Source: a bacterium (lineage in GTDB: Bacteria > Patescibacteriota > Minisyncoccia > Moranbacterales > GWC2-37-73). From it: 64,000 bases of DNA. Below the pieces are notes generated by a model. It was not told the DNA's origin. It saw only the letters and a list, made by a program, of their open reading frames with translations, and searched no databases. The stretch lies in NCBI GenBank assembly GCA_003251635.1, contig QKEW01000011.1, positions 39,411-103,410 of the forward strand. Reading direction: 5' to 3'. The translations under genes and the position numbers were made by a program. Shown here piece after piece: positions 19,395 through 26,720 of this stretch (positions are counted from its first letter, which is position 1; each line of letters begins with the position of its first letter).

Positions 19395-20116
19395 CTTATC
19401 AAATAAAAATTGAACAGTTTGAGGGACCGCTTGATTTGCTTTTGCGCTTGATTGAGCAGGAAAAAATGGATGTTACCAAAATCAGTCTTTCAAAAGTGGC
19501 TGATCAATATTTGGAGTACATCAACCAACAAGGAGAAATCTCTTTGGAAAATTTGGCTCAGTTTTTGACAGTAGCTTCGCGATTGCTTTTGATTAAGTCA
19601 CGTGCTTTGTTGCCGCTGCTGGAATTTAGCGAAGAAGAGGAGGAAGAAATTGAGGATTTACAAAATCAACTGATTGAATATAAAAAATTCCGAGATATTT
19701 CCTTGGAGGTTGGAGAGCTTTTTGATTCCAGACAAAATTTTTATGCCAGGGAAGGGGTTTGGGATGATCAAAAAGTTTTTTGTCCACCGGAAAATTTGAA
19801 GGCAGTCGATTTGCAAAAATCTTTCGAAAAAGTTCTGGGCGAAATTCCTTGGACGGAAAAATTGCAGCAGGATATGATTATCGAGGTAATAACCTTGGAA
19901 GAGAAAATCTTGCATTTACAAGACAGACTAAGAACCAGGGCTCAGATGAATTTCTCGGAATTGGTTGAAAAAAGTCAGGACAAGATCGAGGTGGTGGTTT
20001 CTTTTTTGGCTCTGTTGGAATTAGTTAAGCAAAGGATTGTAATAGTTGAGCAGGGTGAATTGTTCGCTGAAATTGAAATGCAGCGGCGGCCAGTTGATTC
20101 GGTGGTGGGGAAATAA
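19391..20116 (+). CDS. scpA: Segregation and condensation protein A
   Basis: N-terminus IKIEQFEGPLDLLLRLIEQEKMDVTKISLSKVADQYLEYI is the ScpA signature. Its start overlaps the previous stop (ATGA). Confidence 0.85.
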   Translation: MTYQIKIEQFEGPLDLLLRLIEQEKMDVTKISLSKVADQYLEYINQQGEISLENLAQFLTVASRLLLIKSRALLPLLEFSEEEEEEIEDLQNQLIEYKKFRDISLEVGELFDSRQNFYAREGVWDDQKVFCPPENLKAVDLQKSFEKVLGEIPWTEKLQQDMIIEVITLEEKILHLQDRLRTRAQMNFSELVEKSQDKIEVVVSFLALLELVKQRIVIVEQGELFAEIEMQRRPVDSVVGK

Positions 20117-20124
20117 GCAACTAA

Positions 20125-20679
20125 ATGACTTTAAAAAATATGGAGATTGAAAAAATCAGATCAGTATTGGAGAGCTTGCTTTTAGTCAGCGGTGATCCTT
20201 TGGACATTTCCAAGTTAGCTAAGATCATTGAGGTTTCTGTGGAAAAAATTCAAGAAGGAATCGTGTCCTTGAAGGATTCTTATTTGAAAAATCAAAGCGG
20301 ACTTGAGCTGGTGCAAAGCGGCAATCAGATTCAATTAGTTTCCAATGCCAACAATGCTCAATTTGTGGAAAAAATGATGAAAATCGAACTGGAAGGTTCT
20401 TTGAGTAACTCTTCGTTGGAGGTGGTTTCAATCATTGCATATCGTGGTCCAATTTCTAAACCAGAAATTGAAGCTATTCGCGGAGTTAATTGTTCCTATG
20501 CGCTGCGTAATCTTTCCATGCGAGGATTAATTGAACGTCAAAGTAATCCCCAGGATTCTCGAGGCTATTTGTATAAAATTTCTTTGGATTTTCTCAAAAA
20601 AATGGGCATTGATCAGGTGGAAAAATTGCCTAAATATGATATACTTTCGAAAGATGAAAGGGTTGGTGACGTTAAGTAG
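20125..20679 (+). CDS. scpB: Segregation and condensation protein B
   Basis: Tandem winged-helix pattern (IESLLLVSGDPLDISKLAKI; IAYRGPISKPEIEAIRGVNCSYALRNLSMRGLIER). It follows scpA. Confidence 0.85.
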   Translation: MTLKNMEIEKIRSVLESLLLVSGDPLDISKLAKIIEVSVEKIQEGIVSLKDSYLKNQSGLELVQSGNQIQLVSNANNAQFVEKMMKIELEGSLSNSSLEVVSIIAYRGPISKPEIEAIRGVNCSYALRNLSMRGLIERQSNPQDSRGYLYKISLDFLKKMGIDQVEKLPKYDILSKDERVGDVK

Positions 20680-20694
20680 CAATAAAAACATTTT

Positions 20695-21705
20695 ATGCAT
20701 TTTTTGGGTTTAATTTTGGCCTTGGTTATTTTTCCGCTCAATTCTCTCTTGTTTTGGGCGGACAGTTCAGCTTGGGGAAAAGAAAGTGAAGATATTTCTC
20801 CGGTTGATCGACCATTGGATTTCAAGTCTGGCAAGGAGCAAGCTAAAATTTGGGGCAACTCATTTCCAATTGCGCAATACCAGCCGGTTCGCAAGGAAAA
20901 TACGCCAGACCTGGTTATCTCCAACGCTCACGCTTCTTTGATTTTGGATGCCGGAAGCGGCACCATTTTACACTATGATCAAGGGCGGCAGGAAAGACAG
21001 ATCGCTTCTTTGACTAAGATTATGACGGCGGTTTTGGTAATGGAAAACATTAAGGATTTGGATGAGTTGGTGACAATTGATGAAGAAGTGGTTTATGTGG
21101 ATGGAACCAAAATCGGTTGTCCGCGCAGCGGTTATTGTATTAGTCAGCGTTTGCGAGTCGGTGAAAAAATCAGTGTGCGCAATTTACTCAAAGCCATGCT
21201 GATCAATAGTGCTAATGACGCCGCCACTGCTTTGGGCAAGCATATCGGCGGCACTGTGGATAATTTTGCTAAAATAATGAATGAAAGAGCTAAGGAATTA
21301 GGTCTGGAGGATTCACATTTTTGTACCCCATCCGGTTTGGAGAAAGATGGAGCCGAAGAGACTTGCTATTCTTCGGCCTATGACATTGCCAGAATCGCAG
21401 CCTACTCTTTGAAGTTTGGAGAAATTTGGAACATTTTCAAATTGCCTAGCAACACGGTTGTGGCTTCGGCTGATGGTCAATATGAGCACACTCTTTTGAA
21501 CACGGATTTGTTGATTGATGAAATGCCCAATCTTATTGGAGGAAAAACCGGATTTACTCCGTTAGCTGGACGTTCATTGCTGATGGCTATTCAGGATGAA
21601 GATCAAAAGCACACCATCATCACAGTTTTATTGGATGACCCCTATCGTTGGCAAGATGTCAAAATTATGGCGGATTGGGCTTTTAGTTCTTTTGAATGGC
21701 AATAA
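20695..21705 (+). CDS. dacA: D-alanyl-D-alanine carboxypeptidase (S11, low-molecular-weight PBP)
   Basis: SxxK (ASLTK), SxN (SANDAA) and KTG (KTGFT) motifs at the correct spacing. N-terminal signal/TM segment. Confidence 0.8.
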   Translation: MHFLGLILALVIFPLNSLLFWADSSAWGKESEDISPVDRPLDFKSGKEQAKIWGNSFPIAQYQPVRKENTPDLVISNAHASLILDAGSGTILHYDQGRQERQIASLTKIMTAVLVMENIKDLDELVTIDEEVVYVDGTKIGCPRSGYCISQRLRVGEKISVRNLLKAMLINSANDAATALGKHIGGTVDNFAKIMNERAKELGLEDSHFCTPSGLEKDGAEETCYSSAYDIARIAAYSLKFGEIWNIFKLPSNTVVASADGQYEHTLLNTDLLIDEMPNLIGGKTGFTPLAGRSLLMAIQDEDQKHTIITVLLDDPYRWQDVKIMADWAFSSFEWQ

Positions 21706-21723
21706 TTTGAAATAAATAATTTT

Positions 21724-22833
21724 ATGGAAATTGCGCAAATAAATACAGTGCCGGAGATAATCAATTTGATCAAAGTGCTTTTTACGGGACTCTTGGCTTT
21801 TGTGTTGGCTTTTTTGTTGACCCCAATTTGGACTCACTTGCTTTATAAGCACAAAATTGGAATCAAAATCAAGAAAACAGATGTGGATGGCAACAAATTG
21901 ACCTACGTTAACAAATTGCATGCCAAAAAAGAAGGAACTCCAACCATGGGCGGAGTGATTGTCTGGTTGTCAGTTTTTATTTTAGTTTTGGCTTCGCACT
22001 ATGTTTTTCCTTTGTTGGCCAACTTTTTTGATATCAGCTTTTTGGCTCGATTGGATTTTTTCTCCCGCTCCCAGGTTTATCTGCCACTTTTTGCTTTGGT
22101 GACAGCCGGAGTCTTGGGTTTTTTTGATGATTGGATGAGCGTGCGGGGTTGGGGCGCCAACAAGGGCGGTGGCATGCGTTTTGCTAAACGTTTTTGGTGG
22201 CTTTTTCTGATTGCAGCCGTGGGGGCTTGGTGGTTTTATTCAAAATTGGGTTGGGATCAAATTCACGTTCCGGCTGTGGGAGATTTTTCGATTGGCCTGT
22301 GGTATGTGCCGCTTTTTATTTTTGTGATTCTTTTCACGGCCATTTCTTCCAATGAAACTGATGGTCTGGATGGTCTCAATGGCGGCATTTTGATCATGGC
22401 TTTTTCGTCTTTTGCTTTGATTTCTTTTTTTCAAAACAAAATTGACTTGGCCGCTTTCTCGGCCGCAATTTCCGGAGCTTTACTGGCTTTTTTGTGGTTT
22501 AATATTTATCCAGCTCGATTTTTTATGGGGGATACTGGAGCTATGAGTTTGGGCACAACCTTGGGAGTAGTGGCTCTTTTGACCAACTCGGTGATTATCT
22601 TGTATATTGTTGTTTTTGTTTATGTTATGGAATCGGCAAGTGTGGTTTTACAACTGGGATCCAAGAAATTTTTAAAGAGAAAAATATTTTTGGCCGCTCC
22701 GCTTCATCATCATTTTGAAGCCAAGGGTTGGCCGGAGCCGAAGATCGTGATGCGGGCTTGGGTTTTCACGGCCATCACCGCTGCTATGGGAATTATTATT
22801 GGAATTTTAGGCATGGGCAAGATTAAGTTTTAG
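21724..22833 (+). CDS. mraY: Phospho-N-acetylmuramoyl-pentapeptide transferase
   Basis: GTPTMGGV, NETDGLDGL, DTGAMSLG and PLHHHFE conserved blocks. Polytopic membrane protein. Confidence 0.9.
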   Translation: MEIAQINTVPEIINLIKVLFTGLLAFVLAFLLTPIWTHLLYKHKIGIKIKKTDVDGNKLTYVNKLHAKKEGTPTMGGVIVWLSVFILVLASHYVFPLLANFFDISFLARLDFFSRSQVYLPLFALVTAGVLGFFDDWMSVRGWGANKGGGMRFAKRFWWLFLIAAVGAWWFYSKLGWDQIHVPAVGDFSIGLWYVPLFIFVILFTAISSNETDGLDGLNGGILIMAFSSFALISFFQNKIDLAAFSAAISGALLAFLWFNIYPARFFMGDTGAMSLGTTLGVVALLTNSVIILYIVVFVYVMESASVVLQLGSKKFLKRKIFLAAPLHHHFEAKGWPEPKIVMRAWVFTAITAAMGIIIGILGMGKIKF

Positions 22834-22864
22834 ATCATTATTTTTAGAGCGAAAAAAAGATGGG

Positions 22865-22900
22865 ACGTACTGACGAACGTACGTACGTTCGTCAGTACGT
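22865..22900. repeat. Perfect 36-bp palindrome ACGTACTGACGAACGTACGTACGTTCGTCAGTACGT (copy 1 of a GTAC/ACGT-rich palindromic element family)
   Basis: It is its own reverse complement. It lies between the mraY stop and the pgk RBS. Related copies sit at 47783-47826 and 58751-58786. Confidence 0.85.
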
Positions 22901-22925
22901 GAGTTTAATTCATAAGGATAAAAAT

Positions 22926-23960
22926 ATGAAAAAGATTCAAGAGGCGGATTTGGTTGGAAAAAAAGTTTTGGTACGAGCGGATTTCAATGTGGGAGTTGTG
23001 GATGGAAAAATTGCGGAAAAATTTAAACTGGAGGCTTGCAAAGAAACTGTTGAGCATTTACTTTCCCAAAGTGAAACCAAGGTGGCCTTGTGTTCTCATT
23101 TGGGTCGGCCAGAAGGACAATTTAATGAAAAATTTTCCTTGAAGCAATTGGCTAGTGAGTTGGAGAATATTTTAACCAAAAAAATTGTTTTTGTGCCGGA
23201 AATTTCAGTGGAAAAAATTCAAGCTGCTTTGGAGGACCTAAATGAAGGAGAAATTTTACTGTTGGAAAATGTGCGTTTTTATCCGGGCGAGGAAAAAAAC
23301 GATAGCGAATTTTCCCAGCAATTGGCTGGAGCTTTTGATGTTTTTGTTAACGAGGCTTTCAGTGTGTGTCACCGGGACCAATCTTCAGTGACTGGCGTGA
23401 CGAAATTTCTGCCCAGCTATGCGGGCTTTTGGCTGCAAAAAGAAGTGGAAAACTTGGATCGAGTTTTAGATAATCCCGCCAAGCCGGCCGTGGCGATCAT
23501 TGGCGGAGCTAAAATTGAAACCAAGCTGCCTTTGATTGAAAAATTCGAAAAAATTTATGATCAGGTTTTGGTGGGTGGCATGGTGGCTAACGAAGCCTTG
23601 GATCAGAAAAAAACTTTTTCCGACAAGGTTATTTTGCCGCAGGATTTCGAGGGTGAGCGTTTGGACATTGGACCAAAAACCTTGGAACAGTTCAAGCAGA
23701 TTGTTGCAACGGCTAAGACCATTGTTTGGAACGGTCCCTTGGGTAAGTTTGAAGAAAAACCTTTTGACCGAGCCACGCGGGAAATTTTGCAGATGGTAGC
23801 TGAAAGCCAAGCTTTCACTTTGGTTGGCGGCGGCGAGTCGGTACAGGTTTTGGAAGAAAATGGCTGGTTGGATAAAATCTCATTTGTCTCCACCGGCGGC
23901 GGCGCCATGCTGGAATACCTCAGCGGCAACCCCATGCCGGGGATTGAGGGGTTGAAATAA
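22926..23960 (+). CDS. pgk: Phosphoglycerate kinase (short form)
   Basis: VLVRADFNVG, SHLGRPEGQ, and the C-terminus GGGESVQVL...VSTGGGAMLEYLSG. RBS AAGGA lies 8 nt upstream of ATG 22926. The 22 codons from 22860 in the ORF track are a read-through of the palindrome. Confidence 0.85.
   Translation: MKKIQEADLVGKKVLVRADFNVGVVDGKIAEKFKLEACKETVEHLLSQSETKVALCSHLGRPEGQFNEKFSLKQLASELENILTKKIVFVPEISVEKIQAALEDLNEGEILLLENVRFYPGEEKNDSEFSQQLAGAFDVFVNEAFSVCHRDQSSVTGVTKFLPSYAGFWLQKEVENLDRVLDNPAKPAVAIIGGAKIETKLPLIEKFEKIYDQVLVGGMVANEALDQKKTFSDKVILPQDFEGERLDIGPKTLEQFKQIVATAKTIVWNGPLGKFEEKPFDRATREILQMVAESQAFTLVGGGESVQVLEENGWLDKISFVSTGGGAMLEYLSGNPMPGIEGLK
23898..23960 (+). repeat. Native pgk 3'-terminal 63 nt (copy A of a direct-repeat triplet). 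It contains the hairpin CAACCCC-N14-GGGGTTG.
   Basis: Near-identical copies occur at 24510-24542 (partial) and 25770-25832 (full length, including the TAA). Confidence 0.85.
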
Positions 23961-24023
23961 GGGATTGAGTTAATGAGAGTCTGTGTAATGTTAATTGTTT
24001 GAATTCATTTTAAGTACAATGAT

Positions 24024-24494
24024 ATGATTGAAAATAATCCATGGAAACCAGAAAATGGACCCGAGAGTCAGCAGAATGAAGAAAACGACAGAGAGAAGAA
24101 TGCTAAGAATAGGTTATTTGAAGGAAGTCTGGGTTTAGGTAGAAATGATCCAATGGCGCTAAAAACATCAAGCGAAAGCGCTTACTGGGTGACTGGTGAG
24201 TCGCAAATTCAAGATATTATTGAAAGTGGCTATATAAGACCGCCTGTTGGTAAATTAAAAGGTGGACACAAGGGAGAGGTTCATTGGTCAAGGGGAGGTG
24301 ATAAATTGTTTTATCGTGATAAAAGACCAGTGTTGGAAATTGATAGGGATAAAATTTTAAATAGGGAAATAGGTGCTTTTAGAATAAGCGATTTGAAAGC
24401 GATCTGGGTGTTTGACGAAGAGAAGGGCACCTATGAGGATAAATTAAATGAAATTTTAGCCAAAAGCAAAAAAACTGATGATTTGGCTGATTAA
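24024..24494 (+). CDS. Hypothetical protein (cargo gene 1 between pgk-end repeats A and B)
   Basis: 156-aa ORF with no recognisable motif. It is bracketed by copies of the pgk 3' end. Confidence 0.45.
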   Translation: MIENNPWKPENGPESQQNEENDREKNAKNRLFEGSLGLGRNDPMALKTSSESAYWVTGESQIQDIIESGYIRPPVGKLKGGHKGEVHWSRGGDKLFYRDKRPVLEIDRDKILNREIGAFRISDLKAIWVFDEEKGTYEDKLNEILAKSKKTDDLAD

Positions 24495-24509
24495 TTTTTA
24501 ATAATTTGA

Positions 24510-24542
24510 AGCGGCAACCTCATGCCGGGGATTGAGGGGTTG
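24510..24542 (+). repeat. Partial degenerate copy (B) of the pgk 3' end
   Basis: AGCGGCAACCTCATGCCGGGGATTGAGGGGTTG matches pgk 23925-23957 with one substitution (C to T). Confidence 0.8.
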
Positions 24543-24588
24543 GGGTAGGGAGAAAGTTCGTACAATAACGAGTTGTGCAAAATTTTGG

Positions 24589-24616
24589 TTGACAAACCAT
24601 ACTTTTATAGTATAAT
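24589..24616 (+). promoter_or_regulatory. Near-consensus sigma-70 promoter (TTGACA, 16-nt spacer, TATAAT) with a downstream inverted repeat TTTACAG-N5-CTGTAAA and a direct repeat TGTAAACTGTAAACT
   Basis: The -35 lies at 24589-24594 and the -10 at 24611-24616. The operator-like inverted repeat at 24620-24645 overlaps the predicted +1 and RBS region of the 24647 gene. Confidence 0.6.
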
Positions 24617-24646
24617 AGTTTACAGTTATCTGTAAACTGTAAACTA

Positions 24647-25624
24647 ATGAAAACATCTGAAAAAATCCTACAATATATAACCGAAAAAAAGCAAGTAACC
24701 GTGCATGAGTTGGTTGACTATTTGGAAATTAGCCGAATGGCGGTTTCCAAACAGCTCAGCAATCTTATATCTGAAGGAAAAATAAATAAAACCGGAAAGC
24801 CACCCAAAGTGTTTTATTTTATTGCTGCTGAAAAAGATGAGTTGGAAAAAGGCAGTATCAAGATTGACCCAAAAATAAAAAATATTATAGAAAAAAACTT
24901 TCTGCTTATAACTCCATTTGGCCAACGATTGGAAGGATTGGAAGGTTTTATTTATTGGTGTCGGAAAACCAATCAATCAATTGAAAAATCGGCCGGTGAA
25001 TATGCGGACACGTGGAAAAAATATGATAAATTTAAGAAAAGCGGTTTGATTGATGGAATGGAAAAATTCAAACAAACTTTCAAGACAATTTATTTGGACA
25101 AGGTTTTTTATTTGGATTTTTACAGTATTGAGCGGTTTGGAAAAACGAAACTTGGCCAACTTTTATTGTATGCCAAACAGAGTCAAAATCGCAAGCTAAT
25201 AAAAGAATTAACTCAAATAATAAAACCGCAGTTGGATCATTTGCTCAAAAAATTCAATATAGACGGGATTGGTTTTATTCCCCCGACGGTAAAGCGCGAA
25301 GTTCAATTTATGAAGGAATTGGAAAAAAATTTACACCCAGACTTAAAAAAAGTATCTATTGTGAAAGTCCAATCAGACATAATGGTTCCCCAAAAAACCC
25401 TGAACAAATTGAAGGATCGTGTTGAAAATGCCAAAAGAACGATTGTTGTTGATGAATCAAGAAATTTTGAAAATATCTTGTTGGTGGATGATGCGATCGG
25501 TTCAGGAGCGACTCTCAATGAAACGGCGGAAAAAATCAGAGCTAGGGGCATTTGCCGAGGAAAAATAATCGGGCTTTCAATAACGGGAAGTTTCAAGGGT
25601 TTTGATGTTATAAATGAAGTTTGA
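24647..25624 (+). CDS. Winged-HTH plus phosphoribosyltransferase (ComF/PRTase type I-like) fusion protein (cargo gene 2)
   Basis: N-terminal wHTH (VTVHELVDYLEISRMAVSKQLSNLISEGKI). C-terminal PRPP-binding motif ILLVDDAIGSGATLNETAEKIRARG. Confidence 0.65.
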   Translation: MKTSEKILQYITEKKQVTVHELVDYLEISRMAVSKQLSNLISEGKINKTGKPPKVFYFIAAEKDELEKGSIKIDPKIKNIIEKNFLLITPFGQRLEGLEGFIYWCRKTNQSIEKSAGEYADTWKKYDKFKKSGLIDGMEKFKQTFKTIYLDKVFYLDFYSIERFGKTKLGQLLLYAKQSQNRKLIKELTQIIKPQLDHLLKKFNIDGIGFIPPTVKREVQFMKELEKNLHPDLKKVSIVKVQSDIMVPQKTLNKLKDRVENAKRTIVVDESRNFENILLVDDAIGSGATLNETAEKIRARGICRGKIIGLSITGSFKGFDVINEV

Positions 25625-25769
25625 CCAGGTCCGAGTCCCTTCGAAGCTTACTTGGCGGTTTTGAAGAGGTGAGAATGGCTGAAATTTGGTGAAAATAAAA
25701 AGGGATTAGATATCTTTATCAATCGTAGTTGTGATATAATTCAAACATAGTTAGTTCTGCCTAGCTTGT

Positions 25770-25832
25770 GGCGGCGCCATGCTGGAGTACCTCAGCGGCA
25801 ATCAAATGCCGGGGATTGAGGGGTTGAAATAA
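25770..25832 (+). repeat. Full-length degenerate copy (C) of the pgk 3' end, including the stop codon
   Basis: In the pgk frame it translates to GGAMLEYLSGNQMPGIEGLK*, against native GGAMLEYLSGNPMPGIEGLK*. Confidence 0.85.
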
Positions 25833-25855
25833 TTTTGTTTAGCTTAAAAATAAAA

Positions 25856-26611
25856 ATGAATAAAAAAACAAAAATAATCAGTGTGGTCGTGGTTATGGTT
25901 CTGCTGTTAGCATCTTCCTTGTATTTTCTTTTTCTGACAAAAAATAAGGAAAATAAAAACGAGGAAAATGGTGTGGCTGAAGCTGAGGCAGTAAAAGTGA
26001 ATGAAGAAAATTTTTGTTTGAAGTTTAATGAAAAAGGAGTTGAATATGTTGATCAGGAAATCGAAGCTTTAGTGAGTAGATATGCAAGTGCCAATGGTTC
26101 AGTTATTTCAAAAAACGAAATCTGTGCTTCTTTGTTGGCTGGTCGTGATTTGGCCTCGGACCTTGGAGATGAAGAGTTTTATAGTAAAGTGTTTACAGGT
26201 GAACCTGAAATTGAAGAGGGGATTATAAATAAATTGGAAGTATATATTGGGAGAACCAGAGCCGAAGAGGTTACTGAAGAATTATTTAGAGAAGCCAATG
26301 ATAAAAATGAGGAGCTCTTACTTAAAACACAAATCATTATGACATCTCCATATGCATTATTGTGTATTAGGGACAAAGGGTTTCTCACGGAGCCAAAATC
26401 AGGAGATCCTATATGTTTAAATAAAGTGAATGCTGATGATGTCTGGCCGAAAATAGAAGAAGAATATGGAGCCCAGTGGGGCGGGTGTGATTTTGCTATA
26501 GATAAAAGCAACAATACTTTTCAATACTGCGCAAAGGATATAAAGAATGACATTCTTTATAAATGCACGGAGAGTGGATGTGAAGAGGTGGTTGATACGG
26601 AGGATTTTTAA
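25856..26611 (+). CDS. Hypothetical exported Cys-rich protein with a signal-anchor
   Basis: N-terminal TM (IISVVVVMVLLLASSLYFLFL), then an acidic domain with about 8 Cys. The track start at 25835 is a TTG; ATG 25856 is more likely. An extended -10 (TGATATAAT) sits at 25732-25740. Confidence 0.5.
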   Translation: MNKKTKIISVVVVMVLLLASSLYFLFLTKNKENKNEENGVAEAEAVKVNEENFCLKFNEKGVEYVDQEIEALVSRYASANGSVISKNEICASLLAGRDLASDLGDEEFYSKVFTGEPEIEEGIINKLEVYIGRTRAEEVTEELFREANDKNEELLLKTQIIMTSPYALLCIRDKGFLTEPKSGDPICLNKVNADDVWPKIEEEYGAQWGGCDFAIDKSNNTFQYCAKDIKNDILYKCTESGCEEVVDTEDF

Positions 26612-26720
26612 TACGTATTATAATCATTACATGGTTTATTGCGGGGTGTATATTTTTTTGACTTTCACCCCGATTCAAGCTACAATTGGGCCAAGATAAG
26701 CTTGAATTTAATCAGGAAAA

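Noticed and set aside
22860-22925. 22-codon N-terminal extension of the pgk ORF in the six-frame track (MGRTDERTYVRQYVSLIHKDKN)
   Set aside because: It is simply a translation of the 36-bp GTAC palindrome. A good RBS (AAGGA) and ATG at 22926 give the conserved PGK N-terminus, so the extension is not coding.
24024-25624. Type III retron (RT with wHTH and PRTase effectors) hypothesis for the pgk-end insert
   Set aside because: No reverse-transcriptase ORF is present in or near the insert. The inverted repeats upstream of 24647 look like a simple operator rather than msr/msd a1/a2 arms.
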